64,000 nucleotides of DNA, taken from assembly GCA_023423795.1 (NCBI GenBank), contig JAFAEX010000311.1, positions 18,947 through 82,946 of the forward strand, written 5' to 3'. Each line of letters starts with the position of its first letter. The first letter of the stretch is position 1. The position numbers and the translations under genes were made by a program. The stretch is from Chloroflexota bacterium. GTDB lineage: Bacteria; Chloroflexota; Chloroflexia; Thermomicrobiales; UBA6265. Below the pieces are notes generated by a model that was given only the letters and a program-made list of their open reading frames with translations, had not been told where the DNA came from and searched no databases. Of the stretch, positions 8,774 through 18,486 are shown in pieces.

Positions 8774-9377
8774 CGTCCTCGGTTGCCCGGAACTCCGTCG
8801 CCAGGCAATCCATTAGCACGACATCGGCGACGCCGCCGCCGATCCGCCGCGCTTCCCGGATACGCCCGATCTCGCGGAACCCGGCCTTTTCGTAGGCCCT
8901 GATGGCTGCGACGTTCGTCGAAACGGTGTCAAGCCAGACGTTGTGGACGCCGATCATCTCGAATGCCCAGCGCAGCACGAGGCGTGTCGCCTCGGTCCCG
9001 AACCCTCGGCCGCGCTGGGAGGCGTTCCCGATCGTGATGCCGAACTCCGCCGTCCGGTGCGGCGTCTGCCAGTCCCGCAGGTTCGCGTAGCCGATCGGTT
9101 CGAGGTTGGGAAGGCGGTAGATCGCGAACCCTGCCCAGCCGGCGCGCTCACCGCGCAGCAACGGCTCCCATTCGGCGCGCACCGCGTCTTCGGCCATCGG
9201 CCGGAACGCGCCGCCGCCCAGTTCCTCCGTCAGCGGGTCGTTTTGCCAGCGATGGAGGGCCGGCAGCAGCCAGGCGTGGAGCGGGCCGATCGCTACCCGC
9301 TTACCACGCAGGAGGATGGTCGGCTCCTCCACCCTTTCGTCATCCGCTCCGTCGTGTTCGCCCACTTGTCCCTCCAT
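8763..9377 (-). CDS. GNAT family N-acetyltransferase (RimJ/RimL-like)
   Basis: The acetyl-CoA motif region reads QRGRGFGTEATRLVLRWAFEMIGVHNVWLDTVSTNVAAIRAYEKAGF. I call the start at the internal ATG 9375-9377; the upstream part of the 509-aa track ORF is non-coding-like. Confidence 0.88.
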   Translation of the reverse strand: MEGQVGEHDGADDERVEEPTILLRGKRVAIGPLHAWLLPALHRWQNDPLTEELGGGAFRPMAEDAVRAEWEPLLRGERAGWAGFAIYRLPNLEPIGYANLRDWQTPHRTAEFGITIGNASQRGRGFGTEATRLVLRWAFEMIGVHNVWLDTVSTNVAAIRAYEKAGFREIGRIREARRIGGGVADVVLMDCLATEFRATEDVNP

Positions 9378-9488
9378 CGTGACGATACGATCGCACCGGG
9401 CGGCTGGCGACCGGGGCCGCGGAAGCAGCATGGTATCCTTCGCCGAATATCGGCACGATGCCGCGGGTTTTCGGGTGGACGGGAGCAC

Positions 9489-10475
9489 ATGACCACGGCT
9501 GGTTCGGCAAGCGGATTGGATGCGCTGGGAGGCCCGGTAGCGCTGGTTTTTCCGGGTCAGGGCAGCCAGTTCGTCGGCATGGGCCGTTCGCTCTACGAGA
9601 GCTCGGCGGCGGCGCGGCGGGTCTTCGACCACGCCGACGAGGTGCTCGGCTTCCAACTTTCCCGGCTCTGCTTCGACGGCCCGGCCGACGTCCTCGAAGA
9701 CACCATCAACGCCCAGCCCGCGATCCTGACCGCCAGCGTCGCTGCGCTGGAGGCGATGCGCGAGCGGGCCCACTCCGCCGGCGCGAAGGTCCAGCCGATG
9801 ATCGTCGCCGGCCACTCGCTCGGCGAATTCACCGCGCTCGTCGCCGCCGGGGTCATCGACTTTCCCTCCGCGCTGCGCATCGTCCGCGAGCGCGGCCGCC
9901 TGATGAAGGAAGCGGGCGAAGAGCGACCCGGCGGCATGGCGGCGGTCATCGGTCTCGACCGCGACACCCTCGCCGAACTTGTCGCGCAGGCCGAAGCAGA
10001 CGGCATCGTCGCCCTCGCCAACGACAACTGCCCCGGCCAATCCGTCATTTCGGGAGAACTCGGGGCGTTGCAGCGGGCGATGGACCTTGCCAAGCAGGCG
10101 GGGGCCAAGCGCGTGGCCCGCCTCGGCATCTCGATCGCGTCCCACTCGCCGCTGATGTCGCGCGCGTCGCAGCAACTCGCGGAGATGCTGGATCGGCTGC
10201 CGCTGCAGGCGCCGCGCGTGCCGGTGGTCGCCAATGCCACCGGCGCCGCGATGCACACCGTCGAGGAGATCCGGCTCGAACTCGCCCACCACGTCGAGCG
10301 GCCGGTCAACTGGACGCGCTCGGTCCGCGAGATGCTCGATGCTGGCGTCGCGACCTTCGTCGAGGTTGGCCCCGGCCAGGTCCTGTCCGGGTTGATCCGG
10401 CGCATCGAGCGCGAGGCCACCGTGCTGGGGCCGGCCGACTTCGGGCTGCCCAGCGACGAACGGGTGAAGGGGTAG
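9489..10475 (+). CDS. fabD: Malonyl-CoA:ACP transacylase
   Basis: Signature motifs are FPGQGSQFVGMG and the GHSLGEF active-site serine motif. The start is ATG 9489, in frame within the longer track ORF. Confidence 0.93.
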   Translation: MTTAGSASGLDALGGPVALVFPGQGSQFVGMGRSLYESSAAARRVFDHADEVLGFQLSRLCFDGPADVLEDTINAQPAILTASVAALEAMRERAHSAGAKVQPMIVAGHSLGEFTALVAAGVIDFPSALRIVRERGRLMKEAGEERPGGMAAVIGLDRDTLAELVAQAEADGIVALANDNCPGQSVISGELGALQRAMDLAKQAGAKRVARLGISIASHSPLMSRASQQLAEMLDRLPLQAPRVPVVANATGAAMHTVEEIRLELAHHVERPVNWTRSVREMLDAGVATFVEVGPGQVLSGLIRRIEREATVLGPADFGLPSDERVKG

Positions 10476-10508
10476 CCTTCACGCCCGATCGTTCACCACG
10501 TCCTGTCC

Positions 10509-10532
10509 GGCGCGGGGTCTCGGCCCCGCGCC
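10509..10532 (+). terminator. GC hairpin between fabD and fabF (possible attenuator/terminator)
   Basis: A perfect 9-bp stem, GGCGCGGGG (10509-10517) with CCCCGCGCC (10524-10532), and a 6-nt loop. No T-tract follows. Confidence 0.3.
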
Positions 10533-10600
10533 GTCCGTGCCGGGAGCGTCCCGGCGAAGCACGCCCGCCGCGCGCGGCGGCGAACGCAGCGAGGAGCATC

Positions 10601-11839
10601 GTGGCACCACGGGTCGTCGTCACCGGCATCGGGGCCGTCACCCCGCTCGGCATCGGCGCGGAGACGTTCTGGGAGGGCCTCACCGCCGGCCGCTCCGGCA
10701 TCCGCGAGATCCAGCACTTCGACGCCGGCAACCTGCCGGTCCGCATCGCCGGCGAGGTGCCCGGGTTCGCGCCGGCCGACTTCATGGACGGCAAGGCCGC
10801 GCGGCGGATGGACCGCTTCGCGCAGTTCGCCGTCGCCGCCTCCCGCCAGGCGCTGGAATCGGCTGGCCTCGAAATCACCGACGCCAACCGCGAGCGCACC
10901 GCCGTGGTGATGAACACCGGCGGCGGCGGCATCTGGACGATCGAGTCCAACATCGTCGCCATGGAGCGCGGCGGCCCGGGACGGGTCAGCCCGTTTCTGA
11001 TCCCGATGTTCGCTCCGAACATGGCCTCGTCGCAGGTGTCGATCGCCTTCGGCGTCCGTGGCCCGGTCATCACCTCGGTGGCGGCGTGCGCCGCCGGCGT
11101 GCAAGCGTTCGTCGATGCCGTCCGCCTGCTCGAATGCGGCGAGGCGGATGCGGCCATCGTCGGCGGTACCGAAGCCGGGCTCAGCCCGGTTTCCATCGCC
11201 GGACTCGCCAACATGCAGGCGCTGTCCCGCCGCAACGACGACCCGGAGCGCGCCAGCCGCCCCTTCGACAAGGGACGCGACGGGTTCGTGTTCGGGGAAG
11301 GCGCGGCCGTCATGATCCTCGAAACCGAGGAGCACGCCGTCCGCCGCGGGGCGTCCGCCATCTGCTACGCCGCTGGCGGCGCGATGACCGCCGACGCCTT
11401 CCACATCACCGCTCCGATCCCGGACGGCAGCGGCGCGGCCGGCGCGATGTCCCTCGCCATGAAGCGCGCCGGCATCACCTCGGCCGACGTCGATTACGTG
11501 GCGGCCCACGCGACCTCGACGCCGATCGGCGACATCGCCGAGACCCGCGCCATCGAGCGGGCGCTCGGCGAGGATGCGAAGCGGGTCGCCATCTCCGCCA
11601 ACAAATCCATGGTCGGCCACCTGCTCGGCGCGGCCGGGGCCGTCTCGTCGCTGGCGTGCGTGCTCGCCATCCGCGACGACCTCGCCCCGCCGACGATCAA
11701 CCTCGACAACCCGGACCCGGAGTGCACGCTCGACTACGTGCCGAACGTCTCCCGCGCGATGCCGATCCACACCGCGCTGGCCAACGGCTTCGGTTTCGGC
11801 GGGCAGAACGCGTGCGCCGTTTTTCGGGAGATTTCCTGA
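10601..11839 (+). CDS. fabF: Beta-ketoacyl-ACP synthase II
   Basis: GTG start at 10601, preceded by GAGGAG (10591-10596). The N-terminus reads RVVVTGIGAVTPLG. The active-site Cys context is SVAACAAG, with HATSTP and GHLLGAAG motifs downstream. Confidence 0.93.
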   Translation: MAPRVVVTGIGAVTPLGIGAETFWEGLTAGRSGIREIQHFDAGNLPVRIAGEVPGFAPADFMDGKAARRMDRFAQFAVAASRQALESAGLEITDANRERTAVVMNTGGGGIWTIESNIVAMERGGPGRVSPFLIPMFAPNMASSQVSIAFGVRGPVITSVAACAAGVQAFVDAVRLLECGEADAAIVGGTEAGLSPVSIAGLANMQALSRRNDDPERASRPFDKGRDGFVFGEGAAVMILETEEHAVRRGASAICYAAGGAMTADAFHITAPIPDGSGAAGAMSLAMKRAGITSADVDYVAAHATSTPIGDIAETRAIERALGEDAKRVAISANKSMVGHLLGAAGAVSSLACVLAIRDDLAPPTINLDNPDPECTLDYVPNVSRAMPIHTALANGFGFGGQNACAVFREIS

Positions 11840-11873
11840 CGCCCGCACCGGCCGCCGGTGAGGGGAGGGACGG

Positions 11874-12341
11874 ATGATTCCCGGCCTGCCGGCCTCCATT
11901 GCCGGCGCCCGGGCGCGCATCCTGCTGGAGGGCGTGCGCGCCTGGGCTGCCGACCGGCCGGACGTGGCCGCGGTCGCCTTGGTCGGCTCGTGGGCGCGCG
12001 GAACGGCCCGCCCCGATTCGGATATCGACCTCGTGATCGTCACCCACGACGTGGCGGGCTTCTTCGCTTTTCCCGGCTGGCTGGCCCACTTCGGCAAGCC
12101 GACCGACCGTATCGAGGAAACCTACGGCGTCCTGCGGGCGCTACGCGTCTGGTACGCGGACGGGCCGGAGGTCGAGTTCGGCGTCGTTCCCCCGTCGTGG
12201 TGCGCCACCGATCCGGTCGATTCCGGCACCGCCGGCGTGGTCCTCGACGGCCTCGTCGCCCTGTACGACCCGGTAGGGGTGCTTGCTCGCCTCGTCGGGG
12301 CCGTCAATCTTCCGCCGCCGACGCCCTTTCCGGGTCGGTGA
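11874..12341 (+). CDS. Nucleotidyltransferase-domain protein (MNT/KNTase-like)
   Basis: It carries the motif GSWARGTARPDSDIDLVIV (GSxxRGxxxxxSDxDL). A GGAGGGA Shine-Dalgarno sequence lies upstream. No HEPN partner is adjacent. Confidence 0.75.
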   Translation: MIPGLPASIAGARARILLEGVRAWAADRPDVAAVALVGSWARGTARPDSDIDLVIVTHDVAGFFAFPGWLAHFGKPTDRIEETYGVLRALRVWYADGPEVEFGVVPPSWCATDPVDSGTAGVVLDGLVALYDPVGVLARLVGAVNLPPPTPFPGR

Positions 12342-12371
12342 GGCGGAGGCCGCGCTTGTATCCCGAAGAAG

Positions 12372-12452
12372 CGTCATCCCGAGCCGGGCGGGAGATCTCG
12401 TCGTAACCCTTTGCGGGGAAGGACGAGATCCCTCGACTGGCTCGGGATGACG
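12372..12452. repeat. Hairpin repeat, family GTCATCCCGAGC...GCTCGGGATGAC (copy 1 of 3)
   Basis: Arms CGTCATCCCGAGCC (12372-12385) and GGCTCGGGATGACG (12439-12452), with inner arms GGGAGATCTCGTC and GACGAGATCCC. It lies between convergent genes. The core CCTCGACWRGCTCGGGATGACGG is shared with the copies at 40018-40040 and 56194-56216. Confidence 0.8.
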
Positions 12453-12491
12453 GCTTGCGTGCGCGGTCCGTGTGCGGTTGCGCGGGATGCC

Positions 12492-13676
12492 CTACCGCGC
12501 CGCGCCGGCCGGCACCGCCGCGTGGGCCAGCGCCTGCCGAAGGTCGTCCAGCAGGTCGTCGATGCCTTCGATGCCGACCGAGAGGCGGAGCAGGTTGGCC
12601 GCGACCTCGCCGCGGGTGCCCGCCACGCTGGCGTGGGTCATCACGCCGGGGTGCTCGATCAGCGACTCGACCCCGCCCAGGCTTTCGGCCAACTGGAACA
12701 CGCGCGTTGCGGCCGCCACCGCCGCCGCCGCTTCGTAGCCGCCGCGGACCGTGAACGACACCATCCCGGAGAAGTCGCGCATCTGACGCGCGGCGACCTC
12801 GTGGCCGGCGTGCGACGCCAGCCCGGGATAAAAGACCTGCTCGACGGCGTCCTGACCATCCAGGAATTCGGCGATCGCCCGCGCGTTGGCGCTGTGGCGC
12901 CCCATCCGGACCGCCAGCGTCTTGATCCCGCGCAGCGTCAGCCAGCAGTCCATCGGGCCGGGCACCGCGCCGGCGGCGTTCTGGTGGAACTTCAGCGTCT
13001 GGTACACCTCGGGGTCGTTGCCGACGACGATGCCGCCGACCACGTCCGAGTGGCCGCCGAGGTACTTCGTCGTGGAGTGCAGCACGAGGTCCGCCCCGAG
13101 CGCCAGCGGCTGCTGCAGGTACGGGGAGGCGAACGTGTTGTCCACCACCAGCATGGCGGGGTGGTCGGCCACCAGCGAGGCGATGCCCGCGATGTCGGCG
13201 ATCTTCAGGTACGGGTTGGTCGGCGTCTCCACCCACACGAACTTCGTGCTCGACCGCAGCGCCCCGCGCACCTCGTCGAGGTCCGTCAGGTCCACCTGGC
13301 TGATCTCGATGCCGTAACGGGCGATCACCTTGGCGAACAGCCGGTAGGTCCCGCCGTAGGCGTCGTCCGACAGGATGACGTGGTCGCCGGGCGCGAGCAG
13401 GTAGCCGAGGTTCTGGGTGGCGGCTAGTCCGCTGGCGTAGGCGAGCGCCCAGGCTCCGCCTTCCAGCGAGGCCATCGCCTGCTGCAAGGCCGTGCGGGTC
13501 GGGTTGTCGGTGCGGGCGTACTCGAACCCCTTGTGCTGGCCCACGCCCTCCTGCACGAAGGTGCTGGTCTGGTAGATCGGCGGGATCACCGCGCCGGTGG
13601 TCGGGTCCGGGTCCTGCCCGGCATGGATCGCGCGGGTTTCGAACGCCGTCGCGTCCCAATCGCGGGATGCGGTCAC
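12492..13676 (-). CDS. Cystathionine gamma-synthase/gamma-lyase family PLP enzyme
   Basis: Cys/Met-metabolism PLP family: ETRAIHAGQ, YARTDNPTR, and the PLP-lysine context STTKYLGGHSDVVGG. Confidence 0.9.
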   Translation of the reverse strand: MTASRDWDATAFETRAIHAGQDPDPTTGAVIPPIYQTSTFVQEGVGQHKGFEYARTDNPTRTALQQAMASLEGGAWALAYASGLAATQNLGYLLAPGDHVILSDDAYGGTYRLFAKVIARYGIEISQVDLTDLDEVRGALRSSTKFVWVETPTNPYLKIADIAGIASLVADHPAMLVVDNTFASPYLQQPLALGADLVLHSTTKYLGGHSDVVGGIVVGNDPEVYQTLKFHQNAAGAVPGPMDCWLTLRGIKTLAVRMGRHSANARAIAEFLDGQDAVEQVFYPGLASHAGHEVAARQMRDFSGMVSFTVRGGYEAAAAVAAATRVFQLAESLGGVESLIEHPGVMTHASVAGTRGEVAANLLRLSVGIEGIDDLLDDLRQALAHAAVPAGAAR

Positions 13677-13902
13677 GTGGGCCTCCTCGGGTGCACGGCG
13701 GACGCTCCTCGCGTGGTATCCGCCTCGGTGACGAACGGTTGGCCGGGATCGGCCGCGAATTCCGGCAATGGTAGCCGAGCGCCGCGCGGGAAGCCCGTTC
13801 GCGCGCCACTAGTCCCGCGTCCAGGAGACACGCGCCCGCGCCGCCCGGGCGAACCCGGCGCGGCGCGGGGCCTTGCGAATTGGGGATGCCGGCCGCCGCC
13901 CG

Positions 13903-14712
13903 CTAGCTGACGATGACCGTCCCCTTCATGCCGGCGTGGAACTCGCAAAAGTACTCGAACGTTCCGGCCTCGCCGAAGGTTTGGGTGAAGCTCTCGCCGG
14001 GAGCGATCGTGCCCGATTGCAGCAGCGCGCGGTCGCGTGCCGTCGCCGTATGCGGCGCGGTATCGCCGTTGGTCCACGTGATCGAAGCGCCGACGGCGAC
14101 CTCGACCGGGTCGGGGTTGTAGGCGAAGTCCACGATATCGACGGTCGTCGCGCCGGCCACGGCCTCAGCGGTATCGTCCTCGGTGGCTGCCGCGTCGTGG
14201 TCGTTCCCGGCCAGACCGTGTGCGAGGTAGACATCCACGTTGGTCGCGGCGCCATTTGCGGTCAGGATCGCGATCCCCGCGTATCCGGAATCGTTCAGTT
14301 CGCGCAGGCCGATGGTGAGCGCGGCGCCGTCCGCATCGTCCGCGACATCGCCGAGGTCGCCGCAGGCGATGTAGGTCCCGATCTCGTCGGCGCTCTTGTG
14401 GACGTTGATGGCGTATCCGCCGGCCAGCAGGTCGGCCAGCGTGGATTCGACCGTTGTCCGGCTGCGTTCGACCGGGATCGCGTGTTCCGACGCGTTGCCG
14501 CCGGCCGGCGTCACGTCGGAGAGCATGAAGGTCGGGTTCGGGTCGAGCTGGTCGCAGGGGCCGACGTGGATATGGGCCGGGTGGGCATCGGCCATGCCCG
14601 GCATGCCGGCGTGCGGAGTCGAATCCTGCGCCGCGCCCGTCAGGGCCGAGACGGCGAACAACCCGCTGGCGACGAGGACGGTGGCGGCTCGCCACGGTGC
14701 GCGCGGAACCAT
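13903..14712 (-). CDS. Secreted CHRD-like + cupredoxin (plastocyanin-type) copper protein
   Basis: A signal peptide follows the internal ATG 14710-14712 (MVPRAPWRAATVLVASGLFAVSALTGAAQ). CHRD-like motifs are AHIHVG and INVH. The C-terminal type-1 Cu ligand set is APHTA...YFCEFHAGMKG. Confidence 0.8.
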   Translation of the reverse strand: MVPRAPWRAATVLVASGLFAVSALTGAAQDSTPHAGMPGMADAHPAHIHVGPCDQLDPNPTFMLSDVTPAGGNASEHAIPVERSRTTVESTLADLLAGGYAINVHKSADEIGTYIACGDLGDVADDADGAALTIGLRELNDSGYAGIAILTANGAATNVDVYLAHGLAGNDHDAAATEDDTAEAVAGATTVDIVDFAYNPDPVEVAVGASITWTNGDTAPHTATARDRALLQSGTIAPGESFTQTFGEAGTFEYFCEFHAGMKGTVIVS

Positions 14713-14798
14713 GGTCTTTCTCCTGCTGGCGCCTTGCCCTGGGCTATCCCGACCGCTCGGCCGGAGGGGCACGTCCCCACGGTATCAGGTTTGCGACA

Positions 14799-14822
14799 TT
14801 TGTCAATGATGTATGTGACAAA
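14799..14822. promoter_or_regulatory. Candidate operator in the divergent cupredoxin/ArsR-like intergenic region
   Basis: Inverted repeat TTTGTCA (14799-14805), 10 nt spacer, TGACAAA (14816-14822), in the only AT-rich patch of the 163-bp intergenic region. Confidence 0.3.
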
Positions 14823-14875
14823 CTTGTTTTCGTCGAGCCACGGGCGTACTGTGGCGGGGAACGAGGAGTCCGCCG

Positions 14876-15544
14876 ATGCCACCCAGCCGTTGGGACCAGC
14901 GCTTTTTCGCCACCACCCGCGGACAGGTCGTGTTGTTGCTTCGCCGAGGCTTCGGCACGGTCGATGAACTCGCGCGCGAACTGGGCCTCACCGACAACGC
15001 CGTGCGCGCGCACCTCTCCGCGCTGGAGCGCGACGGCCTCGTCGCCCAGACGGGCGTGCGGCGTGGCGTGGGCAAACCCGCCTACGCCTACGCGCTCACC
15101 CCGGACGCCGAGCGCTTCTTCCCAAAGCGGTACGGCACGATCCTCGGCGTCCTGATCGATGTCCTGTCGGCCCGCCTTCCCGCGGAGGCCGTCGCCGAAC
15201 TCGTCCGCGACGCTGGCCGGCGCATCGTGGGAGTCCCAACCGCTCCAACCGCGCCGTTGCGGGTTCGGGTCGAGCACGGGGTCGCCCTGCTCGACGAGAT
15301 GGGCGGGCAGGCGGACATCGAGGAGCGGGACGGCGGATTCGTCATCCGGGGCCGGAGTTGCCCGCTGGCCGAGGCCGTCCGCGAATCACCGGATGCGTGC
15401 TGCCTCGCCGAGGCAATGCTGGCCGACGCGATCGGTGCGCCCGTTCGCCAGGCCTGCGATCCGGCGATTCCGCGCTGCTGCTTCGAGGTCGGCCCGGCCA
15501 TCGCGCCTTCGGGCGACCGGTCGCCATCGGTTCCGGCATCCTGA
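14876..15544 (+). CDS. ArsR-like winged-helix transcriptional regulator (COG2345-type, extended C-terminal domain with Cys pairs)
   Basis: The wHTH reads VVLLLRRGFGTVDELARELGLTDNAVRAHLSALERDGLV. GAGGAG lies upstream of the ATG. Confidence 0.8.
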   Translation: MPPSRWDQRFFATTRGQVVLLLRRGFGTVDELARELGLTDNAVRAHLSALERDGLVAQTGVRRGVGKPAYAYALTPDAERFFPKRYGTILGVLIDVLSARLPAEAVAELVRDAGRRIVGVPTAPTAPLRVRVEHGVALLDEMGGQADIEERDGGFVIRGRSCPLAEAVRESPDACCLAEAMLADAIGAPVRQACDPAIPRCCFEVGPAIAPSGDRSPSVPAS

Positions 15545-15584
15545 GGCGGCGCTCGCCGCACGAAAGCCCGGCGGCCGAACGTAA

Positions 15585-15622
15585 ACGGGGCGGCGGGAGC
15601 GAAGGCGCTCCCGCCGCCCCGT
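15585..15622. terminator. Bidirectional hairpin terminator between convergent genes
   Basis: A perfect 17-bp stem, ACGGGGCGGCGGGAGCG with CGCTCCCGCCGCCCCGT, and an AAGG loop. It lies between the stops at 15544 (+) and 15644 (-). Confidence 0.6.
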
Positions 15623-15643
15623 CAAACTGAGTAGGGTGCAGCC

Positions 15644-16249
15644 TCAGTCCTCGGCGGTTTCCGCGTCTTCGGCGAGCCACGCCGGCACCGCGAATAACTC
15701 GTCCAGATCGACCTCGAGGCCCGGAATCGTCGCCGAGCGCGCCGAGCCCGGCGTCGTGAACGTCACCACCGACCGGCAGCGGCCATCGACCGGGTCGGAA
15801 TAGACCGACAGCGTGCGGCGCTTGCCGTCCACCAGCCACAGTTCGTCGGCCCCGAGTCGCGCGTAGAAGGCCAGCTTCTTCCCGCGGTCGATTCGTTCCG
15901 TCGAGGGCGAGAAAATCTCCACGACGAGGTTCGGCGGACCCGCGATGTCGCGCGCCGTTTCGATACCCGTGCGCTCGTCGAGCAGCAGCAACAGGTCCGG
16001 CTGAACGACGGACCGGTCGGCATCGCGGAGGTCGATGGGGGTGAGGAAGATCGACACGCGGTCGTGGTGCTCAGTTGCCCGATCGATGATCTTCGTCAGT
16101 CTGAACTGGAGTCTCTGGTGATGCAGCCCCGGCGCAGGCGACACGATCAACTCCCCGTCGATCAGTTCGTACCGGTTGCGAGGATCGGGGTCCTGCTCCC
16201 GCAGCCGGTACAGGTCGTCGAGATCGTAGGTTCGGGCGGGCGCGCTCAT
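15644..16249 (-). CDS. Uma2 family endonuclease (DUF820)
   Basis: Family pattern: YELIDGELIVSPAPGLHHQRL...QPDLLLL...PNLVVEIFSPST...K...YARLGADELWLVD. Confidence 0.85.
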   Translation of the reverse strand: MSAPARTYDLDDLYRLREQDPDPRNRYELIDGELIVSPAPGLHHQRLQFRLTKIIDRATEHHDRVSIFLTPIDLRDADRSVVQPDLLLLLDERTGIETARDIAGPPNLVVEIFSPSTERIDRGKKLAFYARLGADELWLVDGKRRTLSVYSDPVDGRCRSVVTFTTPGSARSATIPGLEVDLDELFAVPAWLAEDAETAED

Positions 16250-16278
16250 GCGCCATCCTCCCTCGCGCCGAGCCTGCG

Positions 16279-17745
<1,467 letters not shown>

Positions 17746-17876
17746 GTTCTCGGTATCCTCCGGGTGGTCGCGCCAGAACTGGCGCGAAGATCCAGTGCTT
17801 TCCCGATGGTAGCACGGGGCTCCCGCCCGGCTCGGCCCACGGCGGAATTGCGCATCGTGGTTTGGACGCGGCGCTT

Positions 17877-18446
17877 CTACGCCGGGTTCGCCCGCAGCCA
17901 CGCGGCGACCACCACGGCGTCTTCGTCCGGCGGGAAGACGGGATAGCGGACGTGCTCGATCGTGCCGTCGCGGACGATCAGCGTCAGCCGCCGCAGCAGC
18001 GTCGTTCCCTCGACCTCGAACGTCGGCAGCCGGAGCGCCGCGGTGAAGCACCCGGCCGCGTCGCTGAGGAGCGGGTAGGGGAGGCCGAGCCGTTGAACGG
18101 ATTCGGCCTGGTCCTCGGTCGGTTGCGCCGAAAGCCCGAACACCCGAGCGTGCAGGTCCGCCAGGTCGTCGTGGTGATTCCGGTACGCACACGATTGCGG
18201 CGTGCATCCGCGCGCGCCGGGAATTGCGTCCCACCCCGCCGGTTGCGGCCGGTTGGGCCGCCCCGTGCGCGGGTAGCAATACACGACCGTCCGCCCCGGC
18301 AGCACCGACAGGTCCACCCACGCACCGTCCGTCGCCGGCAGCGCGATCTCCGGCAGCCGCATGCCCGGCAAGTGGTCGGCTCCGCCGTCGTCCTTCGGGC
18401 GCGGCAGGTCCGGCGGCAAGGTCAACAGGTCGTGGTGCGTGTCCAT
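17877..18446 (-). CDS. Peroxiredoxin (AhpC/TSA, Bcp-like)
   Basis: Thioredoxin-fold peroxiredoxin pattern, with peroxidatic Cys context VVYCYPRTG...GCTPQSC and the LSAQP region. Confidence 0.85.
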   Translation of the reverse strand: MDTHHDLLTLPPDLPRPKDDGGADHLPGMRLPEIALPATDGAWVDLSVLPGRTVVYCYPRTGRPNRPQPAGWDAIPGARGCTPQSCAYRNHHDDLADLHARVFGLSAQPTEDQAESVQRLGLPYPLLSDAAGCFTAALRLPTFEVEGTTLLRRLTLIVRDGTIEHVRYPVFPPDEDAVVVAAWLRANPA

Positions 18447-18486
18447 GCATCGCTCCCGGCGTCGGTGCGCGGCGGGCGGTCCGGCG

